In this document: in pieces, positions 1 through 9,074 of the stretch
How the letters are laid out: the number at the start of each line of letters is the position of its first letter
Position numbering within the stretch: position 1 is the first letter of the stretch
Position numbers and translations under genes: made by a program
Notes under the pieces: model-generated
Told to the model about the DNA's origin: nothing
The model's input: the letters and a program-made list of their open reading frames with translations, nothing else
Databases searched by the model: none
Assembly: GCF_006345805.1 (NCBI RefSeq)
Contig: NW_021824269.1
Location: 1 to 19,437, forward strand
Length of the DNA stretch: 19,437 nt
Source: Octopus sinensis
Taxonomy: Eukaryota
Reading direction: 5' to 3'

Positions 1-1430
1 GCCATAAACCACATGGCCCTACCTGGGACGTAGTCAGTCCACCTGTGCATACCTTCCTCCTTGTGATACTTGTGAAGGCCTGTTGAGGCAAGTGAAAATC
101 AAATCAAAATCAAATCAAAACAAATCAAAATAGATGACATCAATGGAATTTGTATCTTTGTGGTACCAGTGCCAGCGGCACACAAGAGAAACCATCCGAA
201 AGTGGCTGTAGCCAGTACCCCGCATCGACTGGCCTCCGTGCTGTGGGCACATGACAAACACCATCCGATCGTGGCCGTTCGCCACCTCATCTAGCACCTG
301 TGTCGGTGGCACATAAAAACAACCATCCGAAGACCCGGCAAGACTAGTCAGGCCATAACCCATGGCCCCTACCTGGGACGTAGTCAGTCCACCTGTGCAT
401 ACCTTCCTTCTTGTGACACTTGTGAAGACCTGTTGAGGCAAGTGAAAATCAAATCAAAACAAATCAATAGATGAACATCAATGGAATCTGTATCTTTGTG
501 GTACCAGTGCCGGTGGCACACACTTGTGGTACCAGTGCCGGTGGCACACAAGAGAACCATCCGAACGTGGCCGTAGCCAGTTCCGCATCGACCAGCCTCC
601 GTGCTGTGGGCACGTAACAAACACCATCCGATCATGGCCGTTCGCCAGCCTCATCTGGCACCTGTGTCGTGACACATAAAAACACCTTCCGAAGACCCGG
701 CAAGACTAGTCAGTCCACCTGTGCATACCTCCTTCTTGTGACACTTGTGAAGACCGTTGAGGCAAGTGAAAATCAAATCAATCAAATCAATCAAATCAAA
801 TAGACAAAATAGATGAACATCAATGGAATTTGTATCTTGTGGTACCAGTGCCTGTGGCACACAAGAAATCCATCAGTGCTGTAGTCAGTGCGGTGGCACA
901 TGACAAACACCATCCGATCGTGGCCGTTCGCCAGCCTCATCTACCACCTGTGTCGTGGCACATAAAAACACCATCCGAAGACCCGGCAAGACTAGTCAGG
1001 CCATAACCCATGGCCCCTACCTGGGACGTAGTCAGTCCACCTGTGCATACCTTCCTTCTTGTGACACTTGTGAAGACCTGTTGAGGCAAGTGAAAATCAA
1101 ACAAATCAAAATAGATGACATCAATGGATTTGTATCATTGTGGTACCAGTGCCGGTGGCACGTGGCACACAAGAAAACCATCCGAACGTGGCCGTAGCCA
1201 GTACCGCATCGACTGGCCTCCGTGCTGTGGCACGTAACAAGCACCATCCGATCGTGGCCGTTTGCCAGCCTCATCTGGCACCTGTGTCGGTGGCACATAA
1301 AAACCCATCCGAGCGTGGCCGTCTGCCACCTCGTCTGGCACCTGTGTCGGTGGCACATAAAAACACCATCCGAGCGTGGCCGTTTGCCAGCCTCGTCTGG
1401 CACCTGTGTCGGTGGTACATAAAATCACCC
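1..1430 (+). repeat. Tandem array of ~290-360 bp units built from ~55-65 bp hairpin subrepeats
   Basis: The unit start GCCATAACCCATGGCCCCTACCTGGG occurs at 1 (variant), 352 and 1000. The unit at 714 lacks that segment. The subrepeat motif GTGGCACATAAAAACACCATCCGA recurs throughout. Confidence 0.9.
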
Positions 1431-1600
1431 ACTACACTCTCGGAGTGGTTGGCGTTAGGAGGGCATCCAGCTGTAGAACACTGCCAGATCTGACTGGACT
1501 GGTGCAGCTTTCGGGCTCCCCAGACCCCAGTTGAACCGTCCAACCCATGCTAGCATGGAAAGCGGACGTTAAATGATGATGATGATGATGATATGATGAT
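1..1600 (+). mobile_element. SINE-like element (family C) with tandemly amplified internal region and (GAT)n tail; 5' end lies outside the window
   Basis: The 3' domain CGGAGTGGTTGGCGTTAGGAGGGCATCCAGCTGTAGAA...CCAACCCATGCTAGCATGGAAAGCGGACGTTAAA+(GAT)n at ~1440-1592 recurs at ~6375-6533 (+) and 5700-5812 (-). Strand is assigned from the tail position. Confidence 0.75.
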
Positions 1601-1602
1601 AT

Positions 1603-1636
<34 letters not shown>

Positions 1637-1654
1637 CATTATATATATATATAC

Positions 1655-1699
<45 letters not shown>

Positions 1700-1840
1700 A
1701 TTATATATATATATATACACTACATACATACACACACACATATATATACATATATATATACATACATACATACATATATATACATATATATATACATACA
1801 TACATACATATATATTATATATATAATATATATATACATA
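1593..1840. repeat. Compound (TA)n/(TACA)n microsatellite
   Basis: Directly visible. Confidence 0.95.
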
Positions 1841-1841
1841 T

Positions 1842-1998
1842 GATGGGCTTCCACACAGTTTCTATCTAATGAATTTACTCACAAGGCATTGGTCAGTCAA
1901 GGGCAATAGCAGAAGGCACCAGCCCAATGTACTGAACACTGAACACTGGGATTGAACCCAAAACCACGTAGTTACAAAGCAAGCCTCTTAACCGCACC
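1842..1998 (-). mobile_element. Diverged 5' half of tRNA-derived SINE family A
   Basis: The reverse complement aligns by eye to 4591-4750 (ACTCACAAGGC, AGAAGGCAC..GCCCAA, GGGATTGAACCC B-box region). Confidence 0.6.
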
Positions 1999-2244
1999 TG
2001 TCTCCATTTGTTTTGGTTTTTGTACTTTCCTCTTTTGTTGGGCAATACTTCAGATAGTACATTGGTATTTTCTTTCAGTATTGTCTATCGTTATTCATCA
2101 GTCATCATTCATCATTCATCACTCATTATTCATCATTACTGCTCTGAGATTTTCAGAGTTATTTCCCCCATTGACATTCAAGCAACGAAGAAACTGAATC
2201 ACAAAGAAATACAATACCGCAAATAGCCTCCATACCACATGCAC

Positions 2245-2279
2245 TACAACACACACACACATATACATATATATATATA

Positions 2280-2319
<40 letters not shown>

Positions 2320-2400
2320 AAACATACATAGCTATACATACATACATATATATACATACATACATATATATATATATACATACATACATATATATATATA
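2245..2400. repeat. (CA)n/(TA)n/(TACA)n microsatellite
   Basis: Directly visible. Confidence 0.9.
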
Positions 2401-2581
2401 TTTCTTTACTACCCACAAGAGGCTAAACACAGAGGGGACAAACAAGGACAGACAAAGGGATTAAGTCGATTACATCGACCCCAGTGCGTAACTGGTACTT
2501 TATTTATCGACCCCGAAAGGATGAAGGCAAAGTCGACCTTGGCGGAATTTGAACTCAGAACGTAGCGGCAGACGAAATACA
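2400..2581 (-). mobile_element. SINE family B, solo ~182-bp unit lacking the A-box head
   Basis: Near-identical to the repeat units at 9150-9690, with the same boundaries as the tandem unit. Confidence 0.85.
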
Positions 2582-2724
2582 TAAACATACATACATACAT
2601 GGATATATATATATATATATATATATATGTAAGAAATGAAAGATGGAATATACAAGAATATATTATTAATCACAACAATTAAAAAAAAAATTGCTTCGAC
2701 ACATCTAGCATCAACTCCTCTTGT

Positions 2725-2910
2725 ATAAATATATATATATATACATATATATGTATATGTACTCACACACACATGTATATATATATATGTGTGTGTGTAT
2801 AGGGTCACCGTAAGAGATCCAGAGTTTCTCGATATAGAAAACACATGTGTGTGTATGTACATATATATATATATATACACACACACCATATATATACATA
2901 CATACATACC

Positions 2911-2990
<80 letters not shown>

Positions 2991-2991
2991 T

Positions 2992-3023
<32 letters not shown>

Positions 3024-3060
3024 CATACATATGTAACCATAATTATATGTGTGTGTGTGT
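2725..3060. repeat. Compound (TA)n/(CA)n/(TG)n microsatellite
   Basis: Directly visible, with a short unique interruption at ~2800-2845. Confidence 0.85.
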
Positions 3061-3185
3061 TATGTTCTTGACTTACTTTCTGCTTCAAGATCGCACAATG
3101 TTATTTTTACTTCGGTCTGGTAGATTTGGCATCGCTTTGCCAATATCTGTGGCGATATTAAATGCTATCTAGATTTCTGATATAA

Positions 3186-3295
3186 GGCACGGGGTTACGG
3201 CTGTGCAGTTACAAGGCTTGCCAACCAGCCATTGTGTTTCTGGTTCGCTTCCACCGAACATCTCAGTGCAAGTGCCTTCTCTACATCCTGGGGTT
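3186..3295 (+). mobile_element. Old, decayed tRNA-SINE head (family A-like)
   Basis: GGCTGTGCAGTTACAAGGCTTGCCAACCAGCCATTGTGTTTCTGGTTCGCTTCC...GCAAGTGCCTTCT follows the order of the 4600-4685 head. Confidence 0.45.
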
Positions 3296-3344
3296 GATGA
3301 GAACTCGTGAGTTGATATGGAAGATGAAAACCGAGAATACTGTC

Positions 3345-3360
3345 ATACATATATATATAT

Positions 3361-3399
<39 letters not shown>

Positions 3400-3424
3400 T
3401 ATATATATATATATATATACTATA

Positions 3425-3491
<67 letters not shown>

Positions 3492-3742
3492 ATATTATAT
3501 TTATATATATATATATTTATATTTATATATATATATATTATATATATATATATATATTATATATATATATATAATATATATATATTATTATATTTATATA
3601 TATTATTATATTTATATATATATATTTATATATATATATATTTATATTTATATATATTATAGTTATATATAATATATTTATATTTATATATATATATATA
3701 ATATATATATATATATTATATATATATTTATATTTATATATA
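3345..3742. repeat. ~400-bp interrupted (TA)n tract
   Basis: Directly visible. Confidence 0.95.
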
Positions 3743-4113
3743 TCTCTCTATATATAAACGGCAGTTTGTCTGTGTGTGTTTCTGTTGTGTCTTGTAGGTT
3801 GTACCCTCACCCTGACCACGGCTTTCAACCGATTCTGATGAAACTTGACACACACATAGCCCAATGTCATAATTCAAAACTAACGCAGCGAAAATTTTGA
3901 AAAGTTCCCCCAGTTCTGAAAAAAATCGATAAATTCGACATGGGGTCGAGAATCAGAACACACAAACCACAGACTGTCTATGGGACGCAACTCGACTTTT
4001 TAACTAAAAAAAAAATTACCATCATTTTTTTCCATTTTTTGGCTATAACTCTCTAAAAATGCTTTATAGTTATTTCCCTTACAAACCCGAGCAACGCCGG
4101 GCGATACTGCTAG
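3743..4113 (+). mobile_element. Non-autonomous Helitron (~370 bp)
   Basis: 5' TC(TC)TCTATATATAAA (start 3743 or 3747). The 3' GC-rich hairpin CCCGAGCAACGCCGGG (4086-4101) lies 8 nt before the terminal CTAG (4110-4113). It sits between A and T within (TA)n with no TSD, the established Helitron end structure. Confidence 0.8.
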
Positions 4114-4152
<39 letters not shown>

Positions 4153-4222
4153 TTATATTTATAATAATCTATATTATATATATATATAATATATAGATAT
4201 ATATATATAGATATATATATAG

Positions 4223-4254
<32 letters not shown>

Positions 4255-4271
4255 ACATATATAGTTATATA

Positions 4272-4315
<44 letters not shown>

Positions 4316-4329
4316 TTAATATATATATT

Positions 4330-4399
<70 letters not shown>

Positions 4400-4410
4400 A
4401 TATATATACA
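4114..4410. repeat. Interrupted (TA)n/(TAGA) tract
   Basis: Directly visible. Confidence 0.95.
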
Positions 4411-4411
4411 T

Positions 4412-4590
4412 AGGAGTGGCTGTGTGGGTAAATAGCTTGTTTACCAACCACATGGTTCCGGGTTCAGTCCCACTGCGTGGCATCTTGGGTAAGTGTCTTC
4501 TGCTATAGCCCCGTGCCGACCAATGTCTTGTGAGTGGATTTGGTAGACAGAAACTGAAAGAAGCCTGTCGTATATATGTATATATATATA
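4412..4590 (+). mobile_element. SINE family A, 5' half only, directly upstream of a full copy
   Basis: Near-duplicate of 4596-4770 that ends in the internal (TA)n of the element. Confidence 0.85.
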
Positions 4591-5011
4591 GGCGCAGGAG
4601 TGGCTGTGTGGTAAGTAGCTTGCTAACCAACCAAATGGTTCCGGGTTCAGTCCCACTGTGCGGCACCTTGGGCAAGTGTCTTCTGCTATAGCCCCGGGCC
4701 GACCAAAGCCTTGTGAGTGGATTTGGTAGACGGAAACTGAAAGAAGCCTGTCGTATATATGTATGTATATATATATATATGCGTGTGTGTATATGTTTGT
4801 GTGTCTGTGTTTGTCCCCCTAGCATCGCTTGACAACCGATGCTGGTGTGTTTATGTCCCCATTACTTAGCGGTTCGGCAAAAGAGACCGATAGAATAAGT
4901 ACTGGGCTTACAAAGAATAAGTCCCGGGGTCGATTTGCTCGACTAAAGGCGGTGCTCCAGCATGGCCGCAGTCAAATGACTGAAACAAGTAAAAGAGTAA
5001 AAGAGTAAAGA
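4591..5011 (+). mobile_element. Full-length tRNA-derived SINE family A (CORE-SINE-like; resembles octopus OR-type SINEs)
   Basis: A-box-like TGGCTGTGTGGTAAG at 4601 and B-box-like GGTTCAGTCCC at 4644-4654. ACCTTGGGCAAGT at 4665-4677 matches the MIR/CORE motif. There is an internal (TA)/(GT) microsatellite and an (AGTAAAAG)n tail, and many other copies occur in the window. Confidence 0.85.
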
Positions 5012-5014
5012 ATA

Positions 5015-5039
<25 letters not shown>

Positions 5040-5045
<6 letters not shown>

Positions 5046-5367
5046 TTGAGCTCATTTTTGTTTATCACTCGAAAATTGACCGTTATTTGTAAAGGGCCAA
5101 TCAAACAAGTCCATTTTTAAAGGTGTAGCGTTTATACTAGTCTGGATAGAATTGACATATCGGTTCTATTCTAGCAAAAACTGTCCGATGAATGGGAACG
5201 TGAAACTCAGAGTAACAGGTTTTGTAGAATTTTCTGCTGCTTTAAATAAAGCATATTACTCTACAACTGGTATTTGAGTACTCTTTTTTCCACCTTGTTT
5301 CACATTTATGTGTTTACTCCGGTGTAACCCGCTCCTTTATAAAAGTTTGAGTGACTCTACACAAGTA

Positions 5368-5368
<1 letters not shown>
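5040..5368 (+). mobile_element. Putative Penelope-like element pLTR/3' end fragment
   Basis: Contains a type I hammerhead, AATAAA at 5245-5250 and a U-rich tail, and is flanked by (TA)n on both sides. Confidence 0.55.
5168..5230 (+). ncRNA. Type I hammerhead ribozyme motif, U4C core variant
   Basis: Stem I ATTCTA(G)CAAAA(A)CTGT / ACAG(G)TTTTGTAGAAT; core CCGATGA 5185-5191; stem II ATG-GGAA-CGT; GAAA 5202-5205; stem III ACTC-A-GAGT; GUA with predicted cleavage after 5214. Confidence 0.7.
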
Positions 5369-5403
<35 letters not shown>

Positions 5404-5407
<4 letters not shown>

Positions 5408-5695
5408 TCTTTACTCTCTCTTTTACTTGTTTCAGTCATTTGACTGTGGCCATGCTGGAGCACCGCCTTTAGTCGAGCAAATCGACCCCAGGACTTATTC
5501 TTTGTAAGCCTAGTACTTATTCTATCGGTCTCTTTTGCCGAATCGCTAAGTTACGGGGATGTACACATACCAGCATCGGTTGTCAAGCAATGCTAGGGGG
5601 ACAAACACAAACACACACATATATATATATATACATATATATGACAGGCTTCTTTCAGTTTCTGTCTATCAAATCCACTCACAAGGCTTTGGTCA
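5404..5695 (-). mobile_element. SINE family A, 5'-truncated
   Basis: Reverse complement of ~4706-5011, including the tail. Confidence 0.85.
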
Positions 5696-5699
5696 TTTA

Positions 5700-5812
5700 A
5701 CATGCTAGCATGGATTGGACGGTTCAACTGGGACCTGGGAAGCCAGAAGGCTGCACCAGGCTCCAGTCTGATCTGGCAGTGTTTCTACAGCTGGATGCCC
5801 TTCCTAACACCA
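5700..5812 (-). mobile_element. Family C 3'-domain fragment
   Basis: Reverse complement of ~6385-6495 and ~1450-1560. Confidence 0.8.
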
Positions 5813-5829
5813 TATATATATATATATAT

Positions 5830-6533
5830 ACCTTTGGAAATATTCTGTACGTGAGAAGACCAGGCAGGACAAGTGAGCCCAGCCCACTTATGAATGCCTT
5901 TCCTCCCTTGGACACAAAGACCGGTTGAGGCAAGCGAAGTCGATATAGAACCTCATCCGACGACAGACACCCATGCCAACCCCCCATGCTTGCGAAGACA
6001 TGTTGGGGCAATCGAAATCGAAATCGAATTGAACCAGCCAGGATCCCTGGTCTGGTGGTACGTAAAAAGCACTATCCGACTCGCGGCCGTGGCACGTAAA
6101 ATACTCCAATGCGACCGTACGACAGGCACCCATGCCAACCCCCTTTGCTTGTGAAGACATGTTGGGGCAAGCGAAATCGAAATCGAATTGAACCAGCCAG
6201 GATCCCTGGTCTGGTGGTACGTAAAAAGCACTATCCGACTCGTGGCCGATGCCAGCACCGCCTCGACTGGCTTCCGTGCTGGTGGCACATAAAATACACC
6301 AATCTGACCGTGGCCGTTGCCAGCCCCGCCTGGCACCTGTGCAGGTGGCACGTAAAAAGCACCCACTACACTCACGGAGTGGTTGGCGTTAGGAAGGGCA
6401 TCCAGCTGTAGAAACATTGCCAGATTAGACTGGAGCCTGATGCAGCCTTCTGGCTTCCCAGAACCCTGGTCGAACCGTCCAACCCATGCTAGCATGGAGA
6501 ACGGACGTTAAACGATGATGATGATGATGATGA
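5830..6533 (+). mobile_element. Family C element (second subfamily) with an internal 159-bp duplication and (GAT)n tail
   Basis: The duplicated block starts CACCCATGCCAACCCCC at 5968 and 6127. It shares hairpin subrepeats and the 3' domain with 1-1600. Confidence 0.8.
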
Positions 6534-6635
6534 TATATATCCTTTAAGTTTGTTTAAGCGAAACGTTTTTGAGTACTCCATCGATGAATTATAATTATAA
6601 TTATTATTATTATTATTCTTGTTGTACATATATAA

Positions 6636-6701
6636 GGCGGCGAGCTGGCAGAATCGTTAGCACGCCGGGCGACATGCTTAGCAGTATATCGTCTGCTGTT
6701 A
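6636..6701 (+). mobile_element. SINE family B head fragment (A-box only)
   Basis: GGCGGCGAGCTGGCAGAATCGTTAGCACGCCGGGCG matches the reverse complement of 9690-9745. Confidence 0.8.
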
Positions 6702-6885
6702 TTAAAAATATATGTGTGTGTGTATGTATATATATATATAAATAAAAACTTACTTGTAGAAGAGAAATAACGCGTGCGTTCGGTCATATAATAATATAAT
6801 AAATAAATAAAATATATGCATATACACATACATATATGTACATACTTACATCTACATGTATATATACATGCATATATATATATAT

Positions 6886-7045
6886 GAGTACAGGACACCA
6901 CAAATAAACGTAGAACACGAGAGACGAAAACATAAAATCAAACAAGGAAACGGACTTTTTTTAACAACGAAAAAACAGAGTACAAGACATACAATACAAG
7001 GAACATTCCCCCTTCTTCAGCTGCCCCTGGTTCGACTCAATGCGT
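6886..7045 (-). mobile_element. Possible PLE-type 3' end fragment (unclassified)
   Basis: U-rich tail abutting (TA)n, with CTGAAGA followed by a hairpin but no GAAA. The call rests only on analogy with the HHR-bearing fragments. Confidence 0.3.
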
Positions 7046-7196
7046 GTATATATATATGCCTTGTGGGATGTCTTGTTGGCGAAGAATATGTTAGTGATGC
7101 ACAGGTTATGGTATGTGCAAAATTCAAGTAGTCTCAGACCATTGTCATTCATGTTGCCAATACCAAAACACATACACTTACATATATATATATATA

Positions 7197-7699
7197 CTAG
7201 CAGTATCGCCCGGTGTTGCTCGGGTTTGTAAGGGAAATAACTATATAAGCATTTTTAGAGAGTTACTTCCCTTATAGATGCCAATTCGGGCTTTCTTAGC
7301 CATTTCTGTTTTGGTGTCTTCAAGCCATGAAGTCGTTGTTCTAAAAGAACGCTGGTCTCCTTGACAACGTTGATTTCCTTACACTCCCTTCCCCACAGCT
7401 TCACGAGGGAGGGAAGAAGGGGGAGAAGCAAACTGGTGCAGCTGTGACCATGGACGCCAACTCCGCCGCCATCGACACACGAAAAATTATGCATTAAAAT
7501 GGAATAAAAAATGATGTTAAATTATTTTTAAAATCGTAGACTCATTGTAGACGCGCGCTAATACTCAGATGGGCTCGATATGAATCACGACAATAAGATA
7601 CCCGAATTTGGTTAAACTGCACCGCAAAATGTGGGAGTAGTTAGGAATCTAAATCGAAGGGGACAGACACTCACACAACTACAGTTTTATATATATAGA
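7197..7699 (-). mobile_element. Non-autonomous Helitron (~500 bp)
   Basis: On the minus strand it starts TCTATATATATAAAACTG (7699) and ends CCCGAGCAACACCGGG-CGATACTG-CTAG (7197), flanked by A/T in (TA)n. The last ~65-70 bp are nearly identical to the Helitron at 3743-4113. Confidence 0.8.
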
Positions 7700-7740
7700 T
7701 ATATATACGATTGATTTGTTTCAGTTCCTGTCTACGAAAT

Positions 7741-7774
<34 letters not shown>

Positions 7775-7778
<4 letters not shown>

Positions 7779-7900
7779 AAACAAGTCAAGATAGAAAATG
7801 CTAAAATAATTTTATAAAGAACATTTCAGTACCGGTTTCGGTCATTTTGAGACCTTTTCAACTGTAACGATTAAATAATTAAATTTAGAAAAATTAAAAG
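7775..7900 (-). mobile_element. Penelope-like element pLTR/3' end fragment
   Basis: Hammerhead motif followed by a ~50-nt U-rich tail that abuts (TA)n at 7743-7774. Confidence 0.6.
7822..7868 (-). ncRNA. Minimal type I hammerhead ribozyme motif, compensatory U3-A8 core variant
   Basis: The minus strand reads GTTACAG TTGAAAA GGTC-TCAAAAT-GACC GAAA CCGGT A CTGAAAT. Stem III is the palindrome ACCGGT, with a GUA site and predicted cleavage between plus-strand 7830 and 7829. Confidence 0.75.
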
Positions 7901-8139
7901 AAATGTTTTTTTAAAGGAATATTTGTATAGTGTTCAAATATAAGTGGCATTTTCCTTGTTTCTGCCTTGCTCTGTCTCTCTTGTTCACACTTGTGGGTTC
8001 GAGGTCGTTGTGAATTCTTGGTAGGGTATATAAATATATATATGTATGCATGTATAGACACACACACGAAGATAAATTGATAGATACAACCGAGTGGGCA
8101 AACAAAAATATGAGACACTGCCTAGTGCTTTTTTTATAT

Positions 8140-8456
8140 TTTGATAAGTCTGGTACTTATTCTATCAGTTTCTTCTTGTGAAACCAGTAAGTTATGGGGA
8201 TGTAAATAAACAAACACCAGTTGTGAAGCAGTGATGAGGGAGAAACACAAAGACACACACATAGACTTAAATATATACATACACATATATAAAATTCATT
8301 TCTTTCAGTGTCTGTCTACAAAATCCACAGAAAAGGCTTTGGTTCGTCTGAAGCTATAGCAGAAGACACATGCCAAGTTACCACACAGTGGGACTGAACT
8401 GAGGACCATGTGTTTTGGAACCAAGTTTGTTACCACACAGCCACACCTGCACCTAT
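8140..8456 (-). mobile_element. Diverged SINE family A copy
   Basis: Recognisable head (CCACACAGCCACACCTGCACC), B-box region GGGACTGAAC and body GTACTTATTCTATC. Confidence 0.7.
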
Positions 8457-8509
8457 GTATGTGTGTGTGTGGATTTAGTAGACAGAAACTGAAAGAATCC
8501 TGTTGTATG

Positions 8510-8700
8510 TGTGTGTGGGGGGGGTGTATGGGTGTATATATGTATGCATGTATATATGTGTACATATTACATGTACATCTATATATATATATACATCTAG
8601 ACATACATGTATACACATACATGTACATCTATAGAAATACATCTATACATATACAGCTAAACATATACATGTATACATATACAGCTATATATATACATCA
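8510..8700. repeat. Degenerate TACA/TATA microsatellite
   Basis: Directly visible. Confidence 0.85.
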
Positions 8701-8790
8701 AGATTAATCAGCCGAAATTGCGAGGATGATCCGGTTCTTGACTGAAGATTAGAGGCTTCGAATGACCCGTCCGTTTTTTGTGTCGTCTCG
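8700..8790 (+). mobile_element. Unclassified interspersed repeat fragment (family D)
   Basis: Reverse complement of ~12352-12430. Strand is inferred from the U-rich tail of the other copy. Confidence 0.6.
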
Positions 8791-8954
8791 ACAGGCTTCT
8801 TTCAGTTTCTGCCTACCAAATCCACTCACAAGGCTTTGGTCAGCCTGAGGCTATAGTAGAAGACACTTGCCCAAGGTGCCACGCAGTGGGACTGAACCCA
8901 GAACCATGTGGTTGGTAAGCAAGCTACTTACCACACAGCCACTCCTGCGCCTAT
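8789..8954 (-). mobile_element. SINE family A, 5' half
   Basis: Reverse complement of 4591-4753 at high identity. Confidence 0.9.
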
Positions 8955-9074
8955 GACATACATACATTCCTTCCTTCCTTCCTTCCACTATATGGACATG
9001 GACAAGGCTTGAAACTTTTTGGAAAGGGGGCTAGTCAACTCATCGTTCCCCAGTACTTAGTTGGTACCCATTCC

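Noticed and set aside
420-450. GTGAAGA-CCT-GTTG-AGG-CAAGT-GAAA in each family C unit resembles a hammerhead core
   Set aside because: G replaces C3, there is an extra segment before GAAA, and no stem I or III pairing can be formed.
1-1430. CRISPR-like appearance (recurring GTGGCACATAAAAACACCATCCGA with hairpins)
   Set aside because: The intervening sequences are themselves repeated rather than unique spacers, there are no cas genes, and the context is eukaryotic and SINE-like.
99-1543. Many overlapping Trp/His/Cys-rich ORFs on both strands
   Set aside because: They are translations of the tandem repeat, with no domain signature and frames broken between units.
2060-2110. CTGATGA and GAAA on the minus strand
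   Set aside because: CTGATGA is part of a (TCA)n microsatellite, and stems I, II and III do not pair.
2630-2725. Possible very decayed pLTR (TTGATGC...GAAGCAATT plus a U-rich tail to (TA)n on the minus strand)
   Set aside because: It has multiple core mismatches and no convincing stems.
3834-3845. CTGATGAAAC
   Set aside because: It lies inside the Helitron body, and there is no room for stem II between the motifs.
1593-4410. YI/IY-, HT- and CV-repeat ORFs here and at 15220-17663 and 18251-18853
   Set aside because: They are microsatellite translations, not proteins.
4591-4660. tRNA genes (also 9690-9745 and 19140-19213)
   Set aside because: A and B boxes are present but there is no complete cloverleaf, and each runs into a SINE body.
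6745-6790. GACC-GAACGCACGCGTT on the minus strand, resembling the 3' half of a hammerhead
   Set aside because: It reads GAAC rather than GAAAC and has no CUGANGA upstream, so it is at best a truncated relic.
6985-7030. CTGAAGA + AGGGG/TTCCT hairpin + GTC on the minus strand
   Set aside because: GAAA is replaced by TGTA/GTAT and stem III is absent, so it is not called as a ribozyme.
7894-8030. Minus-strand peptide ..VNKRDRARQKQGKCH.. upstream of the 7822 hammerhead, as a possible PLE C-terminus
   Set aside because: The similarity to the LNKR.E...CRH motif is too weak and needs frameshifts.
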